64,000 nt of DNA from an uncultured Verrucomicrobiae bacterium (GCA_963834385.1 CAWIBO010000002.1:864001-928000); one strand, 5' to 3'; counted from the stretch's first letter, positions 20,687 through 34,732 are shown. Made by a program: numbers and translations. Notes: a model not told the origin generated them from the sequence alone.

Positions 20687-21424
20687 TTACAGCCGTCCGG
20701 CAATGGAGGCGACGCTGATCCTCTCATCGGACAAGCGCTGGTCCCAGACCGGTTCGTCCCCGGCGACGATCCGCCACGGGGCCTGGTGACGTCGGCGCAA
20801 TCTCTCCGCGATTTCGTGAAAGGAGAGCCCGGGATTCCCTTCCAGGTGGTGGACGCCGCCGGCGAACGGACCCGTGGCCAGCCGCCGCAGCGCTTCCGCG
20901 GTGTCCGCGAGAAAAGCGCATGAGGGGATCCAGGTGGTCGCGGCCACGATTCGCCCCTCCGTCTCGGCCGCGCGCCAGAGAAACTCAATCATATTGTTCG
21001 AGCCGCGCACGTCCCCGATTTGCCAGCCCAGTCGCGCCACGCGCGCATCCGGACACGCCGCCAGGATCCGTTCCTCGCAAGCCAGTTTGTATCGCCCATA
21101 ATCGTCTGTCGGCTCCGGTTTCCTCTCCACGCCAAACGGCCCCGCTTGTGCGGAGGAAAAGACGGCGACCGAACTTGCATACAGCAACCCGATGCCCTCG
21201 GCCGCGCAAATGCGCGCAATCGTCTCCGCCCATTCCACGCTGCCGGTCGCGAGATGAAAGACGACGTCGGCGCCGGTGAGAAAACGACGGCCCGCCGCGG
21301 GATCATCCACCGGCACCCGTTCGCGGTCCCAGGGAACAACCTCGTCACCCTGCGCGGCCAGCACCGCGGCCAGGACCGGCGCCACGGTCCCGTGCATCCC
21401 GGTGACAATCGTCTTCAAAGCCAT
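20687..21424 (-). CDS. NAD-dependent epimerase/dehydratase (RmlD-like extended SDR)
   Basis: Motifs IVTGMHGTVA, FHLATG, SSVAVF, catalytic YGRYK and ARLGWQIG. Confidence 0.8.
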   Translation of the reverse strand: MALKTIVTGMHGTVAPVLAAVLAAQGDEVVPWDRERVPVDDPAAGRRFLTGADVVFHLATGSVEWAETIARICAAEGIGLLYASSVAVFSSAQAGPFGVERKPEPTDDYGRYKLACEERILAACPDARVARLGWQIGDVRGSNNMIEFLWRAAETEGRIVAATTWIPSCAFLADTAEALRRLATGPFAGGVHHLEGNPGLSFHEIAERLRRRHQAPWRIVAGDEPVWDQRLSDERISVASIAGRL

Positions 21425-21882
21425 TTCGTGAGAAAAAGCCGGGTGCTGTCGCCAAATCCGGCGCTGCCGTAGAAGGCCTGCGCCGGCCCGTTCGTTTTCT
21501 CGACCTCCAGATGAAGCGCGCGCACCCCGCGTTCCCGGCAGATTTCCGCGGCTCGTTCCAACATCCATCGCCCGATCCCGCTCCGCCGCCGCCGATGCTC
21601 GACGTAAATCTCATCGAGCAGCGCATCAACGCCCTGGTATTCGAGGCTGAAACCGAAAGTGAGAATGAAATAGCCGGCGAGACCTTCATTCCCCTCGACC
21701 ACCCACGCTTCCCCGCGCTCCGGTTCGCGCAGGAGCCGCTCCAGCGCCTTCGCGGAAGCGTCGCGGTCGAGCGGCTTGGCGCCATCCTCCTGGTAAAGCC
21801 GCGCGCTCAATTCAAGGATCGCGGGAAGATCCTCGGCCCCGGCGCCACGCAGGTGCAGACCTTCGCGCCGCGCAGGAGTCAT
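21415..21882 (-). CDS. GNAT family N-acetyltransferase
   Basis: Motifs FSLEYQG...LDEIYV...RRSGIG and LEV...N..AQAFY..AGF. Confidence 0.88.
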   Translation of the reverse strand: MTPARREGLHLRGAGAEDLPAILELSARLYQEDGAKPLDRDASAKALERLLREPERGEAWVVEGNEGLAGYFILTFGFSLEYQGVDALLDEIYVEHRRRRSGIGRWMLERAAEICRERGVRALHLEVEKTNGPAQAFYGSAGFGDSTRLFLTKWL

Positions 21883-23214
21883 TCCAATTTCGCGACCGGG
21901 TCGGCCGTGAGCCCGTTCTTGTAGATCGCGCCGCCTTTCATGACGAACCCGACCTCCTCGAGCAGCGCAATCTTCGTGAGCGGATCGCCTTTCACCGCGA
22001 CCAGGTCCGCAAAATGGCCGGGGGCGATGACGCCCACCGTTCCCGTGCGATCGAGCAGCTCGGCGGCGCGGCTGGTGGCCGCCTGGATCGCCTGCATCGG
22101 CGTGAGCCCCCATTCCACCATCTTGACGAATTGTTTTCCGTTTCCGCCATGCGGATAAACGCCGGCGTCGGTGCCGTAGGCGATCTTGATCCCGGCCTTC
22201 GCCGCTTTTCGAAAATTCTCGCGCTGCAACCGGCCCACTTTTCTCTCTTTCTCGATGATCTTGTCCGGGTAACCCAGGCGCGAAAATTCCGCGAGGATGT
22301 AGTCGTCGTTGTAAATGTCGGCCACCAGCCAGGTGCCGCGCTCCTTCATCAGGCGAATCCCTTCGTCATCGATCAGGCTGCCATGCTCGATCGAGGCCAC
22401 CCCGGCTTTCACCGCCATCTTGATCGCTTCCGCGCCATGCGCGTGCGCCGCGACCTTGTGCCCGGAGAGGGCCGCTTCCTCCACCGCCGCTTTCATTTCC
22501 TCGATGGAATACTGCGGCGCGCCGACCGATTCCTCCTCCGAGAGAACGCCGGCGCTGGCGATCAGCTTGATCCAGTCGGCCCCATATTTGACGTTGCGCC
22601 GGACCAGCTTGCGCACTTCGTCCGGGCCATCGGCGATCGACGGCGCCAGTTCTTCCAGGCGCAGGTAGGGCGAAAATCCGTTCAGGTCGGCGTGGCCGCC
22701 GGTGGAACCGATGGCCGGTCCGGAACACAGAACGCGCGGCCCGGGAATTTTTCCCGAATCAATCGCGCGGCGCAGCGCGATATCGACAAACTCGCTCGCG
22801 CCGACATCGCGGATGGTGGTGAAGCCGGCCTCGAGCGTGCGCCGGGCGTAAACATGCGCCGTGACCGCGACATCGATGGGCGAGCGGCGAAAAAGATCCT
22901 CGTAGTAATTTCCCGGCTGGCTGGTCACATGCGTGTGGCAGTCGATCAAACCGGGCAGGACAGTGGCGTCGCCAAGGTCGATCGTGTGACGCACCCTGCG
23001 GCAGTTCCTTTGCCAGGGCGGCCGGGTCGCCCACGGCCTTGATCCGGTCGCCCTCGATCAGGATGCCCTGGTTCTCGCGCACCACGCCCGCGGCGGTGTC
23101 GACCAACCGGCCGGCCTTGACCAGCAATGAAACCGCCGGCGCCGGGGAGGGCTCGGCCGCCATGGCCGTTCGGGAAACAAGAAGAAGCGAAACCAGGGCC
23201 AGGCGAAAAATCAT
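21879..23214 (-). CDS. Secreted amidohydrolase (Xaa-Pro dipeptidase-like); frameshift at ~22995
   Basis: Signal peptide and ILIEGDRIKAVG in one frame. IDLGDATVLPGLIDCHTH, AAHAHG, SIEHG, GTDAGVYPHG and ADLVAVKGDP in the next frame. Confidence 0.88.
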
Positions 23215-23248
23215 GGAAAAGAAATAGCAGGGTTCACGGAAACCGCGA

Positions 23249-25277
<2,029 letters not shown>

Positions 25278-25370
25278 GGGCAAAGGGGCGAACATGGAAC
25301 CTTAAACCCTGGCCCTTGAACAGGCCAGAATCGCCGGGCCCGGCCGTCCTCCACCCTTTTCTCAGGAAAA

Positions 25371-28300
25371 TCAGGGCTGCGGGGAAAGCCGGTAGACCTC
25401 CACCAGGCCCACCCCTTCCGAGGCGCCCGCGCCGCGAATGATGGCGGTGTAGGCTCCGGGAGCAGGCACGAAGAGGATCGCTGATTCCTTGTTGTCCGTC
25501 GGTGCGAATCCCACCGAGGTGATGTGAGCCGCCTGTGACGAGTTCATCCAGTCATCGTTAAAGGCCATCACGACGCCGTTCTGGTCATACAGGGTGAGAT
25601 TGGGATCGGCCAGGGGATTGGTCACCCCGGAGTTGGCCAGCGACGGCCCGATGGCCCGCACCACCACGTACTCGGATCGTTGCCACGAACGATCAGACCG
25701 CCGATGAGCACATTGTCGCCGGTGGAGACGTAGCCGCGTGACGAAAGGTTGAGAAGATGGTCGAAGCTCTCGATCTCGAGATCATAGATTTCGATCAGGC
25801 CGATCCCGGTCATTCCCTGTTTCCCGCTCAGGACGGCGGTGTAGGAGGAATCGGTGGGCAACTCGAGAAGAATGGCCGCTTCCATGGGGTTCGTCGGCGC
25901 CAGGCCGGTCGCCTGGATCCCGGCCTCCTGGGAGTCCTGCCAGTTGTCGTTGGAGGCAATCTCCATCCCGCTGGAGTCGAAGATCTGCAGGAACGGGTCA
26001 TCCAGCGCGCCGGTCACCGGCAGCGAACCGCCCAGTCCGCGAATAAGAACGCTCTTGGTTCCCGGCAACGTCCGGGTCCGGCTCATGGTAGACTCGTCGC
26101 GAATGATCAGGCCGCCGATGGCCACGTTGTCCCCCGTGCCGACAAAAGCGCGCGTGGAGATGTTTGCCAGTTGGCGCCGGATCGGGACGATCGGCGCGCG
26201 GCATTTCCCGCCGGACCCCGCGAAATAAAGAGCCACAATTTCCGATTCGGTCAGGACCCGGGTAAAGAATTCCACTTCATCAACCAGGCCTTGGAAGGGA
26301 AACTCGAGATCGCCCGCCGCTCCGATCTTTGCCGTCGGGCCCGTGGTCGCAGGCGTGCCTCCCGCGTCCGCCACGAGCGAAACAGGACGGCTGACGCCAT
26401 CCACATAAAGCTGGATCCGCTGGCCGGCGGACGCACTGCCGTCGTAGGTCATGGCGACGTGCTGGAAGATTCCGGGCTGAATCGTCCCGTCCGCGGTCTT
26501 GTAAACCGTCACGGGCCCGTTTTCATTTTTGACCGAGCCCCACAGGGCCCCGTTCTGGTCCACCGCCAGTTCATAGCTCCCGTCAGTATTTCCCTCCCAG
26601 TCTGACACCACCGCCGCGTAGAAAGCAGGCAGGATGGGATTGATCCAGGCGTCGATCGTGAAGGTGGCCGGCAGATTGATGTCGCCCAGGTCCACATAAT
26701 CGTCGTTCCCGTCAAAACGGAAGGCGCCGCCGACATGCCCCACGGCAAAACTCGCGCCGCTCTCGAGGGTTCCATCGTTTGGCCCCTGGATGTCATCCGC
26801 GTTTCCATCGCCCGGCCACCAGCTCAGCATGTCCGGCGGCGGCGGGGTGCAGGGGCGGCATTTGCCGGCGCTGCCGGCCTTATAAATGGCGGCAATCTCG
26901 GTCGCGCTCAGGCCGCGGTTGAAGATCTCCACCTCGTCGATCAGGCCGACAAAATTCGCGTTATCGCCACGGCCGCCAATCGCCACTTCGGAGTTGGTCC
27001 CCTCAAGAGGGCCGTCCGCCGCTGCCGTGGCCACCACCTGGCCGTTGATATAGGCGGTCACGCTCGCGCCGTCATAGGTCATGGCCACGTGCGACCAGGT
27101 ATTCAACGCCACCGGCGTGGCGCTGCCCACGAAGGTCTCTACGCTGTCCGTTTTTACTCCTACGAGCAGATTCCCGCCATTAAGCAGCATGACGTAATCG
27201 TTGAAACTCGATGCTGTTTTGCCGGCAATGATGCCGGTCTGTCCATCGAGCGTCGGAAAAATCCAGGCATCCACCGACACGGCGTTCCCGGTGAAGCGCA
27301 AATCGGGATCATTCCCGATGCTGACGTAGCCGCTCCCGTCGAAAGAAAAAGCGCGGTTGACCAGACCCTCCGGGAACGTGATCGAGCCGACGAGGAACCC
27401 GTGGTTATCTCCCTGGATGTCGGCCAGGGTCCCTTCCCCCGGCCACCACGCCACCATGTCGGCCGGCGGTTCGGTGCACTCGCATTTCCCCTCGGTGCCG
27501 GCCTGGAAAAGCGCGGCGATCTCCGCCGCGCTCAACTCCCGTCCGATGATTTCCACTTCATCCAGGGCGCCATCGAGGTAACCGCCGTTCTGGCCGGCCG
27601 TGATCAGCGCACCCAGATAAACCGGGGTGGCGCTTTCCTGAAGATCGCCGGTGGCGTTTCCTGTTTCGACCTCCACTCCATCGAGATAGAGGCGCATGAC
27701 GCTGCTTCCGTCATAGGTCGCGGCGACATGATGCCAGGCTCCATCCGCCACCGAGGTGGTGGCACTGATCTCCACGCCCAGGGGTTCATTCGCCGTGAAG
27801 ACTGTCCAGCGAAGCACCCCGCCGGGGTCCAGAAACAGGCTGTAGGAATCATTATCCGGGTTCCCATCAAGGTTCGCTTTGCTCACCAGGCCCCTCGAAG
27901 AAGAGACCGTGCCCACGACCCGCACCCAGGCGTCCACCGTGATGGCTTTAGGATTCAGGGAGGCGCTGTTGCTGACAAAGACAAAATCGCCGTCGCCATC
28001 GAAGCTGAAAAAGTTGCCGACCCAGCCGGGGAGAAAGTCGGTCGCGCCCATGAGCGAACCGTGATTGCCGCCAACGCTGTCATCGGCATTAAATTCTCCG
28101 CGCCACCAGGCAATGGTATCTTTCGGCACCGGCGCGCAGCCCGCGGAAACGTGAAACTCGCCGCCGAGAAAGTTCATGTTGTCCGTTTCGACCGGGTCCA
28201 CACTCTGGGAGAAATTTCCCTGCCGATCGGTACTGATAGAGCACCCCTTTCGTGATCTGTGAAGTAAGCCAGAGCGTGCCATCCGAGGGATCCAGCGCCA

Positions 28301-28883
28301 GAGCCCCGGTATCCAGGAGACCGGTGGAGAAACTGCCAAGGAGCGCGCCCTGGAGAGTGTGATGACGCACCTCTCCGCTATCAAAATTCAGAATCCAAAG
28401 AGTGCGGTCCGAAGCATCATAGGTAATGCCCAAATCGCCGGCCGCCCCCGTAAATAAAAGCTGAGCCCCGCTCCAGTCGGTCTCGAAGCGGTAGACGTTG
28501 CCGGTGTCATAATCGACCGAGTAATTATGCCGCCCATCGGTCGCGCCATCGAAAAAGCGGGCGTCCGTCACGCTGTGAGAAAAGTTTGCCATTAGGGGCG
28601 AACCGTCCAGTCGGTATCCTCCGCCCGGCAGCCCGCTCCGGATCCCGGTGGTTCGAATCGTCCCGCCTGAAACAGCCAGCGGATACTCCTCGGAATACTG
28701 CTGGGTCCAGGAATGGACGACCGCTCCGTGCGCGACGGCGAAATTCAAGTCCTGGTCCCCGGCGGTCAGGTAATAGGTGCTCGTTTGCGCTTGCGATAAC
28801 GCGCTACTCGCCAGGAACAGCGGGATCATTAGCATCCGGACGCGCGCACGCGCCGGGGTTCTCCACACGACAGGCATTTTCAT
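25371..28883 (-). CDS. Large secreted protein: N-terminal propeller-like region, 3 LamG/ConA-like domains, duplicated NISTR C-terminal domain; frameshifts at ~28215 and ~25670
   Basis: Three units of C..PP..(AW/SW)W.G(E/D)...W.HVA.TYDG...G..DEVE. Then LANISTRAFVGTGDNV and LLNLSSRGYVSTGDNV...GLVEVY. Confidence 0.85.
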
Positions 28884-29068
28884 AGGAAACCTCCGGATTC
28901 AGAGATCAAGCATTGCGAACCGGCGCGCCCGGCGCCGGCGACTCCCCCAAGACGGTTGGGGTGCGATGTCAACATAGTGACGCCGGGGATTCTGGGAAAC
29001 CGCCGACCGGCCCGTCAATTGTTTTATACGCCATTTCGCGAGATGGGGGCCCGTGGTATCGGTCCCGC

Positions 29069-30100
29069 ATGCAAACTCCTGCCGCGCTCGGTTACCGGAT
29101 GCCGGCGGAATGGGAACCGCACGCCGCCACCTGGCTTTCCTGGCCGCGCCGCGAAGGGATCAGTTTTCCCGACGCCTACGACCGGGTCATGCCGACTTTC
29201 CGCGCCATGGTCGAGGCACTCGTGGAATCGGAGCCGGTCTGCCTCAACGTCACCAACGGCGCGCACGAGGCCGAGGCGCGCGCCGTGCTCGAGGGCATCG
29301 CGCCGGAATGCCTCACCTTTTACACCGTGCCGACAAACGAGCCCTGGTGCCGCGATCACGGCCCGATCTTTCTCACGCGCGCGGAGGAACCGCGGCTGGC
29401 GGCGGTCGACTGGGGCTACAACGCCTGGGGCGGCAAGTATCCGCCCTTTGATCTTGATGACGTCGTGCCGACCCGCATCGCCGAGGCGTTGCACCTGCCG
29501 GTTTACCGCAATCCGATGGTGCTCGAGGGCGGTTCCATCGAGGTCAACGGCGCCGGCGCCCTTCTCACCACCGAATCCTGCCTCTTGAACCCAAACCGCA
29601 ATCCGGGCCTGAGCCGTAAGGAAATCGAGCAGCAAATGCGTGATTACCTTGGTGTGCGCGACATCTTCTGGCTCGCGGCCGGGACCGAAGGGGACGACAC
29701 CGACGGTCACATCGATAACCTGGCGCGGTTCATTGATGAACGGACGGTGGTGGCGCTGGTGGAACACGACCAGGCCAGTCCGAATTACACGCCCCTCCAG
29801 GAAAACCTCCGGCGCTTGCAGGAGATCCGGATCGACGGGCAACCGCTCACGATTCACCCGCTCCAGGCGCCGCCCCGGATGGAGCGCGAAGACCTGACCC
29901 TGCCGGCGAGCTACGCCAATTTTTACATTGCCAACACCGTGGTCCTCCTCCCGATCTACCGGCACCGGAACGACCAGGAAGCCATCGCCCTTCTTACCAA
30001 ACTATTCCCCACCCGCCGCATCGTCCCGATCGACGCCGTCGAACTGATCTGGGGCCTCGGCGCCTTCCATTGCCTGACCCAGCAACAGCCGGCGGTCTGA
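29069..30100 (+). CDS. aguA: Agmatine deiminase family protein
   Basis: Motifs RMPAEWEPH, WCRDHGP, LEGGS, DDTDGHID, SYANF and GAFHCLTQQQP with the catalytic Cys. Confidence 0.9.
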   Translation: MQTPAALGYRMPAEWEPHAATWLSWPRREGISFPDAYDRVMPTFRAMVEALVESEPVCLNVTNGAHEAEARAVLEGIAPECLTFYTVPTNEPWCRDHGPIFLTRAEEPRLAAVDWGYNAWGGKYPPFDLDDVVPTRIAEALHLPVYRNPMVLEGGSIEVNGAGALLTTESCLLNPNRNPGLSRKEIEQQMRDYLGVRDIFWLAAGTEGDDTDGHIDNLARFIDERTVVALVEHDQASPNYTPLQENLRRLQEIRIDGQPLTIHPLQAPPRMEREDLTLPASYANFYIANTVVLLPIYRHRNDQEAIALLTKLFPTRRIVPIDAVELIWGLGAFHCLTQQQPAV

Positions 30101-30252
30101 TCCCGATGGGGGTATGGTCGACGTCGCTCCGGGGGTCGCTGGAACGCGAAGCCTTGCTTTAGCGGTGAAAGAACCATCCAGTGCCGCCTGGCAACCCCAA
30201 ACCGGGATAATAACCTTGACCCCATCGCCAAAATAAAAAAATCTCGGCTTTT

Positions 30253-31061
30253 ATGAACTTATCCGCGCTCCGCGCCTCCCTTTCACCTTATCGCTCTTGG
30301 TGTCTTACCCTTGGCTTGGGGGCCGCGGCGATTGCCGCCACCAGCTTTGCCGGCAGCAATGTGGCCATGGATAGCAAAACCATGGTCGAACCCATGGCCC
30401 CGCCCGCTCCGCTTTGCGATTGGAGCGGCTTTTACGCCGGTATTCACGGCGGCTGGAGCCATTACGAGTATCGGCCCGACCTGAAGGGGGACTTTGCTGA
30501 CTTCAGTTTGTCGCTGCCAGATTCCACTCTCGAAGATGACACCTTCGCGCTCGGCGCCCAGCTCGGTTACAACTGGCAGGTTCGGTCCTTTGTCTTCGGC
30601 ATGGAGGCGGACGGCTCCTGGATCAACGCCGACACTTACAATCGCCGCCTCGATATTGGCGAAAACAACAATTTCTATCACGAGAGCGGCGAGATGGATT
30701 GGTTCGGGACCGTGCGCGGACGCGCCGGGTTCGCCGTCCAAAACCTCCTCATCTACGTCACGGGCGGCGCGGCTTTTGCCGATGGCCAGCGTTCGACCCG
30801 CTACGAAGAAGAGCTCGAGCTGGGCGTGGCGGAGGAGCTCAACACTTGGGACGCGGAAGATTTCCGCTTCGGCTGGACCGTCGGTGGCGGCGCGGAGGGT
30901 ACGCCATTGGGTGCAATTGGAGCCTCCGGCTCGAATCGCTCTACGCGAACTTCGGCGATGGGGATGCCGCTCAGGTCCCGGCCGGTCCTTCGCGGCTGGA
31001 AGCGGAAGACGATCTCTGGATGGTCCGCCTCGGCGTTAACTACCGGTTCGGCGGCCGCTAA
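30253..31061 (+). CDS. Outer membrane beta-barrel protein (Omp25/RopB-like); frameshift at ~30899
   Basis: Motifs WSGFYAGIHGG, GAQLGYNWQ, GTVRGRAG and GWTVGGG.E. Second frame reads YAIGCNWSLRLESLY..VRLGVNYRF. Confidence 0.85.
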
Positions 31062-31090
31062 AAAACGCCGCTCACGTTCTGCAACGAGTG

Positions 31091-31121
31091 AACAGCCGGG
31101 CGCAAGCCCGGCTGTTTTTTT
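31091..31121 (+). terminator. Rho-independent terminator
   Basis: AACAGCCGGGC-GCAA-GCCCGGCTGTT hairpin followed by a T-run, just after the OMP gene. Confidence 0.85.
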
Positions 31122-31152
31122 GCCCGCGTTTAAACGAGACTGTTCGTCCGCC

Positions 31153-31735
31153 ATGGAATCCTTTGCTTCGACCGCCTCGGCGCCGGCCTGGCGCTGGGCC
31201 CTCATCCTCTGCGTGCCGGTGGTCAGCCTGCTCGTCGCCACGCGCCAGATCTATCTGAGCAACTGGCACGATCTTTCCACCTGGAAAGGGGGCGGCATGG
31301 GGATGTTCGCCGGAGCTGACAACACCTCTACCCGTTACACGAAAATCTATGTGGTCGACCCCGTGGGTAATCGGCATCCCCTGACCCGCTTCGCGCCTTC
31401 GCACACGCAATTCCTCGGCCGCGCCCTCAATTATCCCACCCGCGCCAGACTTTCTCCTCGCCGTCCGCGACATCGCCGCGATGGATTGGGTGGCCGGAAG
31501 CAAACGGATGCCGGTGGCCCGGATCGATGCCCGCGGCGAAAACGCCGGGCGCGCCGGCGAATCGTATCACATGATGATCCCGTTTGGCCGGCGACCGCCG
31601 GCGGAGCCGTGGAAATGGGAGGTGGTGGTTGAGTACTGGAGAATTTCCTACGACCCCGCCACGCGCATCGCCCGCTCCGCGCTTGCCGAGACCTTTCGTT
31701 TTTCCCCCGCCGAGATTTCCGGGGAAGCGCCATGA
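31153..31735 (+). CDS. Single-TM hypothetical protein, partner of the HTTM-like protein; frameshift at ~31447
   Basis: MESF...WALILCVPVVSLLVATRQIYL...LSTWKGGGMGMFA. Continues in another frame as ...VEYWRISYDP...EAP*. The stop overlaps the next ATG (ATGA). Confidence 0.65.
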
Positions 31736-32647
31736 GCACCGTCCCTGCGCGCCAGCCCGTCCCCTTCGCCGCGCGCCCTCTGGCAGCGCCTGGTCGAGTT
31801 TGTGCGCGCGCTCGACACCGTGCACACGGTCTCGCTGCTGAGCCTCTTCCTCGCCATCATCTTCGGGTTCCAGCACTGGCTCTTCCAGATGGCGAGCTGG
31901 CTCTGTTTTTTCGTTTTCCTGCTCCACCCGATTGTCCTCCGCCGGGCGCTCTTCTGGTTCGCCATGGCCGGCGCCGGCAGCGTCGTCGTCTTTCTCGACT
32001 GGCAGGCGGCGGACAACCACAAATACCTCCTGGTTTACTGGCTCTGGGTCCTCTTCTTCTGCCATCTCGTGGCCGACCCGGTCCATCAGCACCGCGCCAT
32101 TGCCGTTAATGCCCGCTTTTTCCTCTGCTTCATCTTTCTCCTCGCGGTGGGACAGAAGCTCGCCTCGCCGACCTATCGTTCCGGCGAGATGTTTGAGCTC
32201 TTTCTTTACCTGGACGCCCGCTTCACCGCCTTCGGCAAGCTGATCGGGATCGACCCGGAAGTGCCGGAAGCGGTCAAACGGAGCATGGCCTTCTTTCGCA
32301 GTCCGTTCTCCGAGGTGATCGATCAGCGGCTGGAGATCCCGGGCACGGACCGGGCCCACCTGGCTTCCCTCATCATGACCTGGTGGGATGTGGTCATTCA
32401 GTCCGCCATCGGTGTTCTTTTCCTTTTCCGCCGAAATTTACCGGATCGGCTGGCGCACAGTGCGCTGCTTCTCTTTATCGTCACCACTTATCTCCCAGCG
32501 CCGGTTTATGGTTTCGGCTGGATCCTTGGCCTGATGGGTTTTGCTTTGGCTCGCGATCGCTGGCCCGGCTTCGCCGCCGGTTACCTCGCCGCCTTTGTCG
32601 CCATCCTGCTCTACCAGATCCCGTGGCGCGACTGGGTCCTCGCGTAA
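31732..32647 (+). CDS. Polytopic HTTM-like (vitamin K-dependent carboxylase-like) membrane protein; N-terminal frameshift
   Basis: About 8-9 TM segments. Motifs ADNHKYLLVYW and AVGQKLASPTYRSG. Confidence 0.6.
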
Positions 32648-32680
32648 TTCAACAAACCCTCTCGCGCCCGCCCCTTTCTG

Positions 32681-33371
32681 TTAATCCTGTCTGCTTTTCC
32701 CGCCCGCCACTGCGCGCGCGACCGGTTCCAGCGCCTGCCAGACGGTCTCGGCCAGCTTTTTCTGTCCCTCCGCGTTGGGATGGAGCCGATCGGGCAGGCT
32801 ATAGGCCGGGTTGCCCGCCACGCCGGCCAGCAAATAAGGCACAAACGCCGCCCCGTTCTCCTGCGCCAGCCCGGCATAAATCCGGCCAAACGTCGGTCAC
32901 GTTGTTTTCCTCCGTGTAATTCGGCAACTGCATTCCCACGACCACGATCCGCACTCCCGGCGAGGCCGCGCGCGTCTGTTCGATGATCGCCTGCAGGTTT
33001 GAGCGGATCGTCTCGAGTGGGACACCCTGGAAAAGGTCGTTGATCCCGAGCTGGACGACCAGGATGTCGACCGGCTGCTTCAGGTGGCGCCCGAGCCGGC
33101 GCAGACCGCCGGCGGTGTTGTCGCCACTCGCGCTCTCGTTCACCACTTCGAAGCGAAGTCCGGCCGCGCGCAGTTTTTCCGCCAGCAACGCCGGGTAGGC
33201 CTGCCGGCGCGGCAGGGTGAACCCGTCGGAAAGACTGTCGCCCAGGACCAGGATCCGTTTCATCCGGGCAGAATCGCGTTTCGGCGCTCCCTCGGCCGCG
33301 GGCATCGCCGAGAGGCCCAGGCCCAGGCAAAGCGCCATCGCAGTTCCCAATTGCCTCGCTCTTTTCGTCAA
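32681..33371 (-). CDS. Arylesterase / SGNH (GDSL) hydrolase, TesA-like; frameshift at ~32890
   Basis: Motifs VLGDSLSDG, SASGDNT and QLGIND. The shifted frame gives PYLLAGVAGNPAYSLPDRLHPNAEGQ...RQD*. Confidence 0.88.
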
Positions 33372-33454
33372 TTACGTTCCCCCCTTCACCCGTTGCCGGA
33401 AGCGCATTTCGCCCGGCAATCGACAATCAAAACTCGGCAACCGCAAATCTTCTT

Positions 33455-34456
33455 ATGGCTAATTACGGCATCAACGGCTTCGGACGAATCGGGCGCAACG
33501 TCCTGCGCGCCATGTCGCAGAGCGACGTGAAAAAAGTCCGCGCGATCAACGACCTCACCGACACCGCCACCCTCGCCCACCTGCTCAAGTGGGACTCCGT
33601 CCATGGCAAATTCAAGGGCGAGATCGGGCACGACGAAGAGAACCTGATCGTGGACGGCCACAAAATCCGAATCTTCAAGGAGCGCGATCCCGGCGCCTTG
33701 AAATGGAAGGATCTCGGCGTTGACGTTGTCCTGGAATCGACCGGCTTTTTTACCGCGCGCGACAAGGCGGAAGTCCACCTGAGCAAAGGCGGCGCGAAGA
33801 AGGTGCTCATCAGCGCCCCGGCCAAGAACCCCGACATCACGGTCTGCGTCGGGATCAATGACAACCTTTACGATGCCGCGAAGCATCACATCGTTTCGAA
33901 CGCGAGCTGCACGACCAACTGTCTCGCACCGCTGGCCAAGGTGCTGAACGACAAGTTCGGCGTCGAAGCCGGGTTCATGAGCACGATCCACTCCTACACC
34001 AACGACCAGCGCATCCTCGATCTCCCGCACGAGGACCTGCGCCGGGCCCGGGCCGCCGCGGTTAACATTGTCCCGTCGAGCACCGGCGCGGCCAAGGCCA
34101 TCGGCGAGGTCATTCCCGAGTTGAAAGGAAAACTGAATGGCGGCGCCTTCCGCGTCCCGACCCCGGACGGTTCCGTGACCGATTTCACCGCCATTCTGAA
34201 GAACAAAGCCACCGCGGACGAGGTCAACGCCGCTTTCAAAGCCGCCGCCGCGGACAAGAGTTACCAGGGCGTGCTGGAATACTCCGACGAACCGCTCGTC
34301 CTGCAGGACATCGTGGGCAACCCGCACTCGTGCATCTTCGATTCCAAGCTGACCCTCGCCCTCGGCGACAAGTTCGTGAAGGTGGTCGGCTGGTACGACA
34401 ACGAGTGGGGCTACAGCAATCGCTGCGTGCAGATGATGGGAATGCTAGCCGGGTAG
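33455..34456 (+). CDS. gap: Type I glyceraldehyde-3-phosphate dehydrogenase
   Basis: Motifs INGFGRIGR, SNASCTTNCLAP and WYDNEWGYS. Confidence 0.98.
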   Translation: MANYGINGFGRIGRNVLRAMSQSDVKKVRAINDLTDTATLAHLLKWDSVHGKFKGEIGHDEENLIVDGHKIRIFKERDPGALKWKDLGVDVVLESTGFFTARDKAEVHLSKGGAKKVLISAPAKNPDITVCVGINDNLYDAAKHHIVSNASCTTNCLAPLAKVLNDKFGVEAGFMSTIHSYTNDQRILDLPHEDLRRARAAAVNIVPSSTGAAKAIGEVIPELKGKLNGGAFRVPTPDGSVTDFTAILKNKATADEVNAAFKAAAADKSYQGVLEYSDEPLVLQDIVGNPHSCIFDSKLTLALGDKFVKVVGWYDNEWGYSNRCVQMMGMLAG

Positions 34457-34466
34457 GAGATGGGGA

Positions 34467-34726
34467 AGATCAAGATCAGGATTAAGAGCAAGAGCATGAA
34501 AAAGACGCGCGGATCTGCGCCTCCTCCTGCTGCATGCTCCTGATCTTGCTCCTGCTCCCGGTCGAAAACGCCGCGTTCTTCAGGACGCACTGTATTCGGG
34601 ATGCGAGAATTGCGGGCAATAGTGAGAGATCAAGATCAGGATTAAGAGCAAGAGCATGAAAAAGACGCGGGGTCCACCAAGCCTCCTCATCCTCCTGCTC
34701 ATGCTCCTGATCTTGATCCTGCTTCC
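34467..34726. repeat. Two tandem hexamer-periodic imperfect palindromes (period 160 bp)
   Basis: An identical 43-mer AGATCAAGATCAGGATTAAGAGCAAGAGCATGAAAAAGACGCG lies at 34467 and 34627. Each copy is followed by a partly complementary arm (CATGCTCCTGATCTTG...). Confidence 0.9.
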
Positions 34727-34732
34727 AGGCCA

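Noticed and set aside
30101..30252. Possible structured RNA upstream of the OMP gene (CGATGGGG...CCCCATCG)
   Set aside because: Only an 8 bp complementarity with no recognisable riboswitch consensus, which is insufficient support.
30253..31632. Apparent OMP-membrane protein fusion (459 aa)
   Set aside because: The true barrel C-terminus (GVNYRF) is in another frame, and the ORF reads through a clear terminator. It is a frameshift artefact.
34467..34669. 43 bp direct repeat as mini-CRISPR or att site
   Set aside because: There are only two copies, with low-complexity hexamer structure and partly repeated flanks. No cas or integrase gene is present.
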